Source: an uncultured Chloroflexia bacterium (GTDB lineage: Bacteria > Chloroflexota > Chloroflexia > QHBQ01 > JADMIH01). Taken from it: DNA of 64,000 bases. A program made the translations under genes and the position numbers. This document shows positions 8,633-18,735 of this stretch, one piece after another (position 1 is the first letter of the stretch; every line of letters begins with the position of its first letter). Below the pieces are notes generated by a model. The model ran no database searches. It saw nothing but the letters and a program-made list of their open reading frames with translations, and was not told the origin of the DNA. The DNA lies in contig CAWCNY010000005.1 of the NCBI GenBank assembly GCA_963797095.1, positions 448,001-512,000 of the forward strand. Direction: 5' to 3'.

Positions 8633-11203
8633 ATGCCCATCCCCACAAACGTCTTCCGCAATATCCTCCGCCTGGAGGAGCACAAAGGCTACACAGATGC
8701 CTCCGTACAGGGCGGCCTCGAAGCGTTCGCCCGGCGCTGGGCCGACCAGATAATTGCCCAGGAGCGCGAGGCCCAAGCCATCTCGTCCGCAATTGCAGGC
8801 GCGTTCAACCGCTACAACTACCTTGACGCATCATCGCGACAAAGCGCTGTCCAGACCGCCAACGAACTGCTCCAGCTTTTCGAGCGTGGCGTGCGCGACT
8901 TGCCCCCGCACCTTGCAACCGCCGGAGGCGCAAACGGCCACCAGGATAAAACTGCGCAAAACGGCAACGGTTATCTCCCAACCAGCCTGGACGACTTCCA
9001 GGGCTGGGACGAGACCGACCCTCGCGCAAAAGCCCCGGTTTCCAAGCGCATGAGCGGCATCGCGCCCGCCCCCGCCGATGGCATAGGGCCTCAACCCCCC
9101 GCATCGAGCCGGGTGGCGCGCCGCAACGCTAACCTCGATTCGCCTGTCACAGTGCTCCGGGGGGTGCAGGACGCTACCGCCCGCCTCCTCAAGCGCCTGG
9201 GCGTCTACACCGTGCGCGATGCCCTCCTCTTCTTCCCGTTCCGCTATGACGACTTTTCCGATATGAAATCCATCGCGGAATTGGAGCCGGACGTGAACCA
9301 GACCATAGTTGGCACTATTTGGGAGGTTGAGGCGCGCAAGACCCGCACCGGCAGGCCGCTCGTCACAGCGGTGCTGGCCGACGACACAGGCACCATCTCG
9401 GTGTCATGGTTCAACCAGGAATATCTGCTCAAGTCGTTGCACCAGGGAGATCCTATCGTCGTTTCCGGCAAGCCTACCCCCTTCAACGGCAGGCTAACCT
9501 TTAATGCGCCGGAATGGGAGCCTTACGACAACGAGTTGCTCCATACTGGGCGCATTGTGCCTGTGTACCGCTCGACCGAGGGACTATACAGGCGCACGCT
9601 GCGGCGTATCATGCACGACGCGGTTGACCGCTTCTGCGACCAATTAGAGGATTACCTGCCCGAAACAATGAAGCGCGACGCGGGGTTGGTCGATCTTCAG
9701 ACCGCCGTGCGGCAGATACACTTCCCCGACTCGAAGATGGATGCGGCCGGGGCTACCAAGCGTCTAGCTTTTGACGAGTTCTTGATGATCCAGTTAGGGA
9801 TGCTTCAGCGCAGGCGCGAATGGCAGGAGTTGCAGAAGGGGCTGGCGATGCCATCCGATCCGCTGGTGCTCGACGGCTTCCTGCGCTCGCTGCCGTTCGA
9901 GTTGACGGGCGCACAGAGACGTGTGGTTGGCGAGATATTAAAGGACATTTCGTCGACAGTGCCAATGACGCGCTTGCTCCAGGGTGATGTCGGTTCGGGT
10001 AAGACTGTTGTGGCCGCCATCGCCCTCCTTGTGGCCGTGCAGAACGGCGCTCAGGGCGCTATCATGGCCCCCACCGAAATCCTGGCCGAGCAGCACTACA
10101 AAAGCATCACGCGCATGGTAGAAAACCTTGGCGAGGCCACGCCAACCGTGCGACTCCTCAAAGGGAGCACCCCCGCCAAAGAGAAGCGCCAGATTTACGC
10201 GGAGATCGCCTCCGGTGCCGTGGATATTGTGGTTGGCACGCACGCGATTATCCAGGAAGGGGTGTCGTTCAAGAAGCTTGGCTTGATAGTTGTGGACGAG
10301 CAGCATCGATTCGGTGTGCTCCAGCGCGACGCCCTCCGCCAGAAGGGGTTAGAGGCGGGCCTCATGCCTCACACTCTGGTGATGACCGCCACCCCCATCC
10401 CGCGCTCGCTGGCCCTCACGATCTACGGAGACCTGGACGTTTCGGTCATTGACGAGATGCCCCCCGGCAGGCGGCTCATCAAGACGCGCTGGGTGGACGG
10501 CCTGCGACGCCAGCAAGCATACGATTTCATCGAGAAGAAGGTGGCCGAAGGACAGCAAGCGTTCGTGATCTGCCCCCTGGTCGAAGAGTCGGACAAAATC
10601 GAGGCCAGGGCCGCTACTGCCGAGCATGAGCGCCTTCAAGCAGAGGTGTTCCCTACCCGCCGTCTGGCCCTCCTGCACGGGCGTATGAAGCCCAAAGAGA
10701 AGGATGAAGTGATGCAATCCTTCCGCGCTGGCGAGGCCGACATCCTGGTATCGACCAGCGTGGTAGAGGTAGGCATAGACGTGCCCAACGCCACCGTGAT
10801 GCTGGTAGAAGGAGCGGACCGCTTCGGCCTGTCACAGTTACACCAGTTCAGGGGGCGCGTGGGACGCGGCGAGCACCAGTCCTATTGTGTGCTGCTGGCC
10901 GAGAACGCGCAGGGTGTAGCCTTCGACCGCATGCAGATCATCCAGGACACGCACGATGGGTTCAAACTGGCCGAAGCCGATCTTGAGATACGCGGTCCAG
11001 GCGAGTTCTTCGGCACTCGCCAGTCAGGTATGCCCGACCTCCGCATGGCAAAGCTGTCGGATATGGCAACCCTCTCGCTTGCGCGGGAGCAGGCAAAATC
11101 CCTATTCGCCCGCGACCCTGACCTTGTGCAGCCTGAGCACACGCCGCTGAAAGAAGTGCTAGAGGCGTTCTGGTCGAGGGCTGAGACGGACGCCAATCAG
11201 TAG
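8633..11203 (+). CDS. recG: ATP-dependent DNA helicase RecG
   Basis: RLAFDE, LLQGDVGSGKT, MAPTEILAEQH, DEQHRFG, MTATPIPR, LHQFRGRVGRG, RGPGEFFGTRQSG. Confidence 0.97.
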   Translation: MPIPTNVFRNILRLEEHKGYTDASVQGGLEAFARRWADQIIAQEREAQAISSAIAGAFNRYNYLDASSRQSAVQTANELLQLFERGVRDLPPHLATAGGANGHQDKTAQNGNGYLPTSLDDFQGWDETDPRAKAPVSKRMSGIAPAPADGIGPQPPASSRVARRNANLDSPVTVLRGVQDATARLLKRLGVYTVRDALLFFPFRYDDFSDMKSIAELEPDVNQTIVGTIWEVEARKTRTGRPLVTAVLADDTGTISVSWFNQEYLLKSLHQGDPIVVSGKPTPFNGRLTFNAPEWEPYDNELLHTGRIVPVYRSTEGLYRRTLRRIMHDAVDRFCDQLEDYLPETMKRDAGLVDLQTAVRQIHFPDSKMDAAGATKRLAFDEFLMIQLGMLQRRREWQELQKGLAMPSDPLVLDGFLRSLPFELTGAQRRVVGEILKDISSTVPMTRLLQGDVGSGKTVVAAIALLVAVQNGAQGAIMAPTEILAEQHYKSITRMVENLGEATPTVRLLKGSTPAKEKRQIYAEIASGAVDIVVGTHAIIQEGVSFKKLGLIVVDEQHRFGVLQRDALRQKGLEAGLMPHTLVMTATPIPRSLALTIYGDLDVSVIDEMPPGRRLIKTRWVDGLRRQQAYDFIEKKVAEGQQAFVICPLVEESDKIEARAATAEHERLQAEVFPTRRLALLHGRMKPKEKDEVMQSFRAGEADILVSTSVVEVGIDVPNATVMLVEGADRFGLSQLHQFRGRVGRGEHQSYCVLLAENAQGVAFDRMQIIQDTHDGFKLAEADLEIRGPGEFFGTRQSGMPDLRMAKLSDMATLSLAREQAKSLFARDPDLVQPEHTPLKEVLEAFWSRAETDANQ

Positions 11204-11241
11204 TGCCTGAACCACAACATCACACAGAGATCACAAAGCTC

Positions 11242-11540
11242 TTAAGAATTCGGTGTTACTGAGTTTGCAGGCCCCAGAATATCGTCTACAGCCAGCGCCA
11301 ATTCGCGCACTGCATGGGCGACAATATATTCACCCAGGCCTAGCTCTTTCTGCTTCCGGTACTCTCCTTGCTTGGGCTCCAAGTATACATGTACCTTTTC
11401 CCCTTCGAGATCGACCACCCAAACCTCTGCAATTGCCGCCCGCGCATATAGCGGCACTTTAGTTTCATGGTCATAGCCAATCGATGTATCCGACACTTCT
11501 ACAATCAGGTGAACATCAGCCGGACCACCAGAAACTACTC
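11242..11540 (-). pseudogene. Uma2 family endonuclease, C-terminal remnant
   Basis: PADVHLIVEVSDTSIGYD..TKVPLYARAAIAEVWVVDL; N-terminal half is absent. Confidence 0.75.
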
Positions 11541-11630
11541 GCCGCCGAGTTTTGCCACGCAGCCCACAGCCTGTTATGATTTTATCACACAAGACCTAAC
11601 AGAGAGCCAGGGTAGTAAGCAAAGAGCAAG

Positions 11631-12203
11631 ATGCGTGTAATCTCCGGCACAGCCAAAGGACGCCAGCTTAAAGGTCCGCCAGGCGTGGGCACCCGCCCCA
11701 TGACCGACCGCCTCAAGACCTCGCTTTTCGATACGCTCGTTCCGTACGGTATCGCGGGCGCGCGAGTGCTCGACCTGTATGCGGGTAGCGGCTCGCTTGG
11801 CATCGAGATGCTGTCACGTGGGGCCGAATGGTGCGACTTCGTGGAGCAGAGTGCCCCTGTTTGCCGGGTAATCCGCGACAACCTGGAGATCACTCGATTG
11901 GCAGATAAGGGGCGCGTGCACCAGATGGCTGTAGCCCGATTTCTGAATAGTATGGGGTCCGTGCCCGACCTGCCGCCTTATGATATAATATCGCTCGACC
12001 CACCTTATGCAGACCCGGAGATTAGGAGTACCCTCGACACGATAGCGCGCTGGCCGAAGCTCGCCCCACATGGATTGGTGGTTATCGGCCACGCCACCCA
12101 GGTGGCGCTGGCGGACGATTATGGCGATGGGCATATCCGGCGGTTGAAGCACCGGGTAATGGGTGGCTCGGCATTCTCCATCTACGAGGTAACGGACGAG
12201 TGA
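11631..12203 (+). CDS. rsmD: 16S rRNA m2G966 methyltransferase
   Basis: MRVISG..KGR.L, TRP..DR, LDLYAGSGSLGIEMLSRGA, DPPY. Confidence 0.95.
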   Translation: MRVISGTAKGRQLKGPPGVGTRPMTDRLKTSLFDTLVPYGIAGARVLDLYAGSGSLGIEMLSRGAEWCDFVEQSAPVCRVIRDNLEITRLADKGRVHQMAVARFLNSMGSVPDLPPYDIISLDPPYADPEIRSTLDTIARWPKLAPHGLVVIGHATQVALADDYGDGHIRRLKHRVMGGSAFSIYEVTDE

Positions 12204-12288
12204 CGAATAATATGCGATACCTGACCACCTTCGGTGGCCTACCTCAAACTCCCTCGGCTTCCGTCGTTCGTCCTTCGTCCAACAAAAC

Positions 12289-12828
12289 ATGAAAAACTCC
12301 ACATCTAAAGAGCGCATAGCCGTCTATCCTGGCACATTCGACCCAATCACTATGGGCCACCTGGATATCGCTACACGTGCCCTGCGCCTGTGCGACCGCT
12401 TGATCATCGCGGTAGGCGACAATCGCAATAAGAACCCCCTCTTCAATACCGAGGAGCGCATCGACCTGATCCGGCGCTCGCTTGAATGGCGGGAGGTGCA
12501 CGGATCGATAACCGTCACATCGTATTCCGGCCTCACAGTCCATTTTGCCCGCGAGGTAGGCGCGAGCCTTATCGTAAGGGGCTTGCGCGCCGTCACCGAT
12601 TTCGAGTGGGAGTTCCAGCTAGCCCTCATCAATCGAGGTCAGGACCCTACTATCGAAACCGTATGCTTGATGACCAGCGAAGAATACTCGTTCCTCAGCG
12701 CCAGCACTGTCCGTGAACTGGCCCTTCTGGGGGGCAAACTGGACCGTGTGGTCCCTCCGCCCGTGGCAGAGGCGCTACGGGCCAGGTTCAGTCAATCCGC
12801 AAAAAGCGCGGATGTACGCGACATATAA
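12289..12828 (+). CDS. coaD: Phosphopantetheine adenylyltransferase
   Basis: YPGTFDPITMGHLD, VRGLRAVTDFEWE, SASTVRE. Confidence 0.97.
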   Translation: MKNSTSKERIAVYPGTFDPITMGHLDIATRALRLCDRLIIAVGDNRNKNPLFNTEERIDLIRRSLEWREVHGSITVTSYSGLTVHFAREVGASLIVRGLRAVTDFEWEFQLALINRGQDPTIETVCLMTSEEYSFLSASTVRELALLGGKLDRVVPPPVAEALRARFSQSAKSADVRDI

Positions 12829-12838
12829 GGGGTCGGGC

Positions 12839-12880
12839 AACCGCGATCGGGGTGGTCTTGCGAATACCCCGATCGCGGTT
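12839..12880. repeat. Perfect 15-bp inverted repeat (hairpin)
   Basis: AACCGCGATCGGGGT (12839-12853) / ACCCCGATCGCGGTT (12866-12880). Confidence 0.8.
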
Positions 12881-12899
12881 CCCAATTCCTGAAGGGAAG

Positions 12900-13376
12900 G
12901 TGATAGCCATCGCTTCCGACAACATGAGAATGGACCTCCAGTATCTCATAGACAGGCTGGAGACGATGGTGACGAGCGCCAAGAGGATGCCGATCACCAA
13001 CAAACTGATGATGGATGAGCAGGAACTGGCCGACTTGATCGACCAGATGCGCACGGTACTGCCCGAAGAGGTGCGCGCCGCCCGCAAAGTCCTGCGCGAG
13101 CGAGATACTATCATATCGGAGGCACAGCAACAGGCAGATGAAGTGCTCAAGACCGCCCACGAGCAAGCCGAAATGCTGCTCGACCAGGAGGGGCTGATGG
13201 CCGAGGCCCAGGCGCGCGCCAACCAGCATCTCGAAGAGGCAATGCAGGTCGCCCAGGAGCGCATCGACGGGGCCGACGATTACGCCCGTGAGGTCCTAAG
13301 TTCTCTACAACAACAACTCACCCGCCACCTCTCTATTATCGAGAAAGGTATCTCGGCGCTCAATAGCCGAGAGTAG
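12900..13376 (+). CDS. Coiled-coil ATP synthase b-like/DivIVA-like protein commonly found after coaD
   Basis: LIDRLE.MV..AKRMP...LIDQMR..LPEEVRAA...GADDYA; start uncertain (GTG 12900, or ATG 12924/12930). Confidence 0.8.
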   Translation: MIAIASDNMRMDLQYLIDRLETMVTSAKRMPITNKLMMDEQELADLIDQMRTVLPEEVRAARKVLRERDTIISEAQQQADEVLKTAHEQAEMLLDQEGLMAEAQARANQHLEEAMQVAQERIDGADDYAREVLSSLQQQLTRHLSIIEKGISALNSRE

Positions 13377-13648
13377 CAAATGACAATAGCACAGTTGTAA
13401 TTTCAATCCCAATACAGGCGTCTAACTTCATAGGCCGGGCAAGGATCTTGCTTTCTGTAAACTCAATCACATGGTTGTAAATATGTGAGCAGACTCACCT
13501 TTCACAAATGGCACAGCCTCTATTTGGCGGATGCGCCTCAACCCTTCCTGACCTGTACCGCTCGCGCTTACTAAACGACCGCGGTAAAGTCGTAGCACCC
13601 CTGGAACACTTGGTCTGCCCACCATTTGTCCCTCCTTCATAATTCGCA

Positions 13649-15982
13649 TTGTTTGGAAACAGATCCCTTCCTCGTATCCTACTAATTGCCTGGCTGGCTT
13701 TCCTGCTGATCGCTGCCTTAGCTGCGCATTTCCTGGCGGGCGAGACAGATATATCTGTCAACAAGGACGGAGCCCGAATCTGGGCCGAAGTGCGAGGCAC
13801 CCAACTTGATGTGCCCACAAGCACTCTTCAGCTAGATCAGCTAGCCCAAATCAAGCTTCCGTCACTCGCCGAGCTAAAGATCGAGCCGCCTTCAAGCTCG
13901 CTCTACTGGCAGCCTGCCCAGCAAAACACCTTTTATGCTATCGGCGTGGCGGGCGAATGGCTGCAACAGACCTTGAGACCGCCATCCGAGTGGGTATCCG
14001 CCCGGGTAACTTATCAGAGCGGCAACTACAAACTAACTGCCGGCCGGGCGCTGGCGCTGGTCCCACTGGAGAGCAGCCCCGGAAATGGGGTGGTGCTGCT
14101 GGTGCGCCCTGAGCGCTCACTGATCCAGTGGTGGACATTAGAGAACGGCCAACCGCAAGACCAGTTGGTCGATACCAATTACCGGCCATCAGGCTTTGTC
14201 TCTGCGGGCGACCTTCTATCGGAGGTGGCCCTGATAGCGCTGGCTGCCGGGCTACTTTGCATGTTTGCCTGGCTTGTGGTCGTCTTCCTGGTGGCTATTT
14301 ACCGCCGCTCCATTGGGCCACTCTCGGCCACAAATGCGTTCCGAAGCCCACTGATCGGCGCGAACCTTGATACTACTCCTTCGACTTCAGCAACCACACC
14401 TACAGACGATGCACAAGTCCAGAGCAGAAGTTCCGTCCTCATGAGGATACGCCCCTCATACGTTGCGCTGGCCTTTTTCGCGCTTGGAACGGCGATCACT
14501 TCGGGGGCTTGCCTCCTTGTACTGGATGGCATTCCCCACGTACAGGACAGTGTCGCCTACCTGTTCCAGGGCAAGATATTCGCGCATTTGACCTCGTGGG
14601 CACCTGAGCCTCCTTCGCCTGAGTTCTTCCAGAACTCCTATATAGAATTCTTCCAGGGTCGTTGGTTCACCAAATACCCACCCGGCTATCCTTTGATGCT
14701 TACTTTGGGGGTGTGGGCCGGCCTCCCCTGGCTGATCAACGCTCTTAGCGCGGGTGCGGCTCTCGCCTTCATCTATGCCACCGGCCTGCGGATGTTCAAC
14801 ACGCACGTAGCCATGTGGGCGGCCCTGTTCGGGTTGATCTCGCCCTGGGTGATCTTCATGTCCGGCTCTTACATGTCGCACCCGACCACCATGATGTGGG
14901 TTGCCCTTTTCATATATGGGCTTGTGCAGCTACGGCTCTCTTATGCTCAGGCTAAACCTTCGCGCTTTCTCACTACCCCCTCAAGATGGGGCCTCCTGTC
15001 CGGATTCGCTATCGGTATGGCCTTTATCACCCGCGAATGGACCGCATTGGGTATCGGAGTTGGCGCTGCTATCTGGGGCATCGGTGACATAGCCTCGGCG
15101 GGTCGCCGTGCGCTTCGGAAACTGGTCCCATATATCATGATGGTAGCGGGTTTCGTGCCGCCTTTCCTCTTCCTCCTCTTTGAGAACCACGAACTGACCG
15201 GCGATTGGTTCCTCCTCCCCCAGGACCTCGTAGGCTCGTACGATCAACCAGGCTTTGGACCCGGCCACGGTAGCGAGATCGGCCATACTCCCGCGATGGG
15301 CCTCTACAACGCCCTGGTTTACTTGCGCACCCTGGCGATGGTCTTCAACGGCTGGCCTGCCCCCTTCGCCCTCGCACCGATCTTCCTGGGGCTTTTCGCA
15401 TGGATAATCGATAGACGTGACAAGCTGGCATGGGACCTGCTCCTGTGGCTTTCTCTGGCGGGATTGCTCGTGGCCTACTTTGCGTGGTGGTCCTCTACTA
15501 CCATCTTCGGCCCGCGCTACTGGTACGAGGGCATGCCCTTCCTCCTCTTGATGGCGGGGCGAGGCATGGATCTGCTTGGCCGCGCGGCAGCGCATTTATT
15601 TAGCGGGATTTGGGCACAGCGCGTGCGATGGGTCGTGCCCGCCACCATACTTGTCTTGTTCTCCCTCTACACTCTCACGCAAACCATGCCTGAGCAGGTG
15701 CAGGAGTACACCAACTATAACGATGTCAGCGCCGAATCTGTGAATGCCGTCAGCAAGGCTGGGCTAACAAACGCCCTGATATTCGTGGCACTCGACCCCG
15801 ACCAGAAGAACCGCGACTACGGCAAGGTCTTCTTCGCGAACGACCCCTTCCTGGAAGGCAATATCGTATACGTGCGCGACCTGGGGCTCGACGCCAACAC
15901 CTACTACGCCAGTCTCTACCCATCACGCCAACCCTACTATCTGCCCCTCACCGGCCCGCCCAAGCCCGGGGTCAGCCCCTAG
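13649..15982 (+). CDS. GT-C (ArnT/PMT_2-like) polytopic membrane glycosyltransferase
   Basis: Many TM helices; PHVQDSVAYLFQ and KYPPGYP loop motifs, SHPT, FGPRY. Confidence 0.75.
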   Translation: MFGNRSLPRILLIAWLAFLLIAALAAHFLAGETDISVNKDGARIWAEVRGTQLDVPTSTLQLDQLAQIKLPSLAELKIEPPSSSLYWQPAQQNTFYAIGVAGEWLQQTLRPPSEWVSARVTYQSGNYKLTAGRALALVPLESSPGNGVVLLVRPERSLIQWWTLENGQPQDQLVDTNYRPSGFVSAGDLLSEVALIALAAGLLCMFAWLVVVFLVAIYRRSIGPLSATNAFRSPLIGANLDTTPSTSATTPTDDAQVQSRSSVLMRIRPSYVALAFFALGTAITSGACLLVLDGIPHVQDSVAYLFQGKIFAHLTSWAPEPPSPEFFQNSYIEFFQGRWFTKYPPGYPLMLTLGVWAGLPWLINALSAGAALAFIYATGLRMFNTHVAMWAALFGLISPWVIFMSGSYMSHPTTMMWVALFIYGLVQLRLSYAQAKPSRFLTTPSRWGLLSGFAIGMAFITREWTALGIGVGAAIWGIGDIASAGRRALRKLVPYIMMVAGFVPPFLFLLFENHELTGDWFLLPQDLVGSYDQPGFGPGHGSEIGHTPAMGLYNALVYLRTLAMVFNGWPAPFALAPIFLGLFAWIIDRRDKLAWDLLLWLSLAGLLVAYFAWWSSTTIFGPRYWYEGMPFLLLMAGRGMDLLGRAAAHLFSGIWAQRVRWVVPATILVLFSLYTLTQTMPEQVQEYTNYNDVSAESVNAVSKAGLTNALIFVALDPDQKNRDYGKVFFANDPFLEGNIVYVRDLGLDANTYYASLYPSRQPYYLPLTGPPKPGVSP

Positions 15983-16036
15983 CCGTTTGCATGTGTTATA
16001 ATCTCCCAGACCTATGTGGCCGGAGATTCTTGCATA

Positions 16037-16987
16037 ATGACCCAGAAGGCAACTAGATCGCAGGGCACAGACGACCGCGAGCAATTGAATTTACGCCCCG
16101 GTATTTCGGTATTTTTCCCGGCATATAACGATGCAGGCACCATTGCCTCTATGGTGCTTGCTGCTCTTCGCACCTGCGCCCGGCTCACCGATGACTACGA
16201 GGTGATAGTGGTCGAAAACGGCAGCGACGACTATACGGTCGAAGTCCTCGAAGACCTGGCGAATACCTACGACCACCTGCGCATCTTCAGCCACCGCGAA
16301 GCTCTCGGCTATGGCGGCGCGCTCCAGAAGGGCTTCAAAGAGGCCACCAAGGAACTAGTTTTCTACACCGATGGCGACGCCCAATATGACCCGCATGAGC
16401 TTGCCCTCATGTATGCTGCCTTGCGCCCTGAGGTGGACGTAGTGCAGGGCTATAAGATTGCCCGCAACGACCCCGTCTTTCGCAAGATCATCGGGCGCAC
16501 CTATCACTGGATCGTCAAGATCGCTTTCGGCCTACCCATACGCGACACAGACTGCGACTTTCGCCTGATCCGCAAGTCGGCCCTAGCCCGCTTTGACCTC
16601 AAGTCAAAGACGGGCACAATCCCCCTTGAATTGGTCAAGAAGCTCACAGACTCCGGCGCGGTCTTCGCCGAAGTACCCGTACACCACTACCACCGCGTGT
16701 ACGGGCGGTCGCAGTTCTTCAACTTCCCACGCCTCTGGGCTACGGGCGTCAATCTAATCCAACTCTGGATCGAGTTGGTCCTCATACCTCTGATCACCAA
16801 GCGCAAGCCCGTCAAAAACGTCAAACCTCGCACCCATAGCGTGCCGGTCAACCCATCGCTCGCCTACCAGACCGAGGCTCAGGCACGTGCCCTGACAAAC
16901 GGCGTCCCAACGGAAGATATCGCCGCCGAACAGCTGCCTATCCAAAATCCGGAATCCAGCACCCAAAATAGAGTGGAGGAAAGATAG
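16037..16987 (+). CDS. GT2 polyprenol-phosphate glycosyltransferase (Dpm1/ArnC-like)
   Basis: SVFFPAYND, ENGSDD, GYGGAL, YTDGDAQY, DTDCDFRL; promoter TGTTATAAT at 15994. Confidence 0.88.
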   Translation: MTQKATRSQGTDDREQLNLRPGISVFFPAYNDAGTIASMVLAALRTCARLTDDYEVIVVENGSDDYTVEVLEDLANTYDHLRIFSHREALGYGGALQKGFKEATKELVFYTDGDAQYDPHELALMYAALRPEVDVVQGYKIARNDPVFRKIIGRTYHWIVKIAFGLPIRDTDCDFRLIRKSALARFDLKSKTGTIPLELVKKLTDSGAVFAEVPVHHYHRVYGRSQFFNFPRLWATGVNLIQLWIELVLIPLITKRKPVKNVKPRTHSVPVNPSLAYQTEAQARALTNGVPTEDIAAEQLPIQNPESSTQNRVEER

Positions 16988-18069
16988 TGCCAGGTACACT
17001 TCCCGGCAGCGGGCCGGTGCGTGCCTGGGACACCGGGGTGCTGGACGATCCACCGACGGACGACAGCGTGCGCCCGCCCGCCCCCTACGAAGAGATCTAC
17101 GCTGGCAAGAAAGTGATGATCACCGGCGGGTTGGGGTTCATCGGCTCCAATCTTGCCCGCAGACTGGTACACATCGGGGCCAATGTGCTCCTGGTCGATT
17201 CGCTGATCCCGAACTACGGGGGCAACCGCCGCAATATCGCGGGCATCGAAGATCGGGTGCGCGTCAATATCGCCGATGTACGCACCCAATGGTCCATGAA
17301 CTTTCTGGTACAAGGGCAGGACTACCTCTTCAACCTGGCCGGGCAGGTCAGTCATCTCGACTCGATGATCGACCCCATGACCGACCTGGAGATCAACTGC
17401 CGCAGCCAGCTTTCGATCCTCGAAGCCTGCCGCCACAACAACCCGCAGGTAAAGATCGTGTTCGCTGGCACGCGCCAGCAGTACGGCAAACCCGACTACC
17501 TCCCCATAGACGAAAACCACCCGATGCACCCCACCGACGTGAACGGCATCAACAAGATGGCGGGTGAGTGGTACCACATCCTCTACAACAATGTGCACGG
17601 CATCAGGGCCGCATCCTTGCGCCTCACCAACACCTATGGCCCGCGCCAGTATATGAAAGACTCTCGCATGGGCTTCATAGGCTGGTTCATCCGGAGGGCG
17701 GTGCTCGGTGAGGAGATAGCGATCTATGGCGAGGGCACTCAGATACGCGACTTCAACTATGTAGACGACGTCGTAGATGCCTTCCTGCGAGTAGGCGCGA
17801 GCGAGGAGGCCAACGGGCAGGTGTTCAACCTCGGCGGTGAACCGATCAACCACCTCGACCTCACCAGGCTATTGATCAGAGTGGCCGGAAGCGGCTCCTA
17901 CACGCTGATCCCCTGGCCGCCCGACCGCAAGAAGATCGACATAGGCAACGTGTACAGCTCCTATGCCAAAATAGAGCGCGCTCTCGGCTGGAAGCCGACC
18001 GTTAGGCTGGCCGAAGGCTTGCGCCGGACCGTGGAGTTCTACCGACGCGAAGGCCAGTATTATTGGTAG
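16987..18069 (+). CDS. NAD-dependent nucleotide-sugar epimerase/dehydratase
   Basis: ITGGLGFIGSNL, NLAGQ, NGINK, YGPRQ, RDFNYVDD. Confidence 0.9.
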   Translation: MPGTLPGSGPVRAWDTGVLDDPPTDDSVRPPAPYEEIYAGKKVMITGGLGFIGSNLARRLVHIGANVLLVDSLIPNYGGNRRNIAGIEDRVRVNIADVRTQWSMNFLVQGQDYLFNLAGQVSHLDSMIDPMTDLEINCRSQLSILEACRHNNPQVKIVFAGTRQQYGKPDYLPIDENHPMHPTDVNGINKMAGEWYHILYNNVHGIRAASLRLTNTYGPRQYMKDSRMGFIGWFIRRAVLGEEIAIYGEGTQIRDFNYVDDVVDAFLRVGASEEANGQVFNLGGEPINHLDLTRLLIRVAGSGSYTLIPWPPDRKKIDIGNVYSSYAKIERALGWKPTVRLAEGLRRTVEFYRREGQYYW

Positions 18070-18128
18070 ACGGGGAATGGCTAACAGATGCTGTGCTATA
18101 ATCAAAGCATAGCCGAATGGAGGGTGCT

Positions 18129-18359
18129 ATGCTGGACACACAGGACATTTCCCAACTGATCAATCGCGACCCGGAGATAATGTCCGGTACACCGGTCTTT
18201 ATGGGCACGCGCGTACCTGTCCAAACATTATTCGACTGGCTGGAAGATGGCGAGTATTCGCTTGATGATTTCCTCGATAACTTCCCTAGTGTGTCACGTG
18301 AGCAAGCCGTTGCTGTACTCGAAGTGTACAGAAAATTGCTCCTAGCAGAGGTGCAATGA
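18129..18359 (+). CDS. DUF433 protein (putative antitoxin)
   Basis: INRDPEIMSGTPVFMGTRVP...FLDNFPSV; promoter TGCTATAAT at 18094. Confidence 0.9.
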   Translation: MLDTQDISQLINRDPEIMSGTPVFMGTRVPVQTLFDWLEDGEYSLDDFLDNFPSVSREQAVAVLEVYRKLLLAEVQ

Positions 18360-18673
18360 GGATACTGCTGGACGAATGCCTACCAAGACTGTTGAAACGA
18401 GACCTCGCCGATCATCAAGTTGCAACTGTTACGGAAATGGGCTGGTCAGGCATGATGAACGGCAAGTTGCTCACAATAGCTGAAGAGCACTTTGACATAT
18501 TGCTCACAGTTGACAGCGGAATAGAGCATCAACAGAACCTCAAGAACAAACAGATAGCGATCGTGATATTGGACGCCCCTAATAAGGTCCGCTATCTGCA
18601 ATTGCTTGTGCCTGCTCTGCTTGATGCGCTACCTACGATCCAGCCAGGAACCATTGTGCACATTAGCGAATGA
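18356..18673 (+). CDS. DUF5615 PIN-like putative toxin
   Basis: MRILLDECLP...MGWSG..NGKLL...FDILLTVD....QQNL; ATGA overlap with DUF433. Confidence 0.88.
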   Translation: MRILLDECLPRLLKRDLADHQVATVTEMGWSGMMNGKLLTIAEEHFDILLTVDSGIEHQQNLKNKQIAIVILDAPNKVRYLQLLVPALLDALPTIQPGTIVHISE

Positions 18674-18735
18674 TATTGAGGTGATACCTTTGAGAGTAGG
18701 GCCGCTGCGTCGTGCGCAGTGACTTGACTAGCAGC

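Noticed and set aside
13467-13649. Small minus-strand ORF with an RBS-like GGAGG
   Set aside because: It has no recognizable motif and abuts the GT-C start; it cannot be supported without a homology search.
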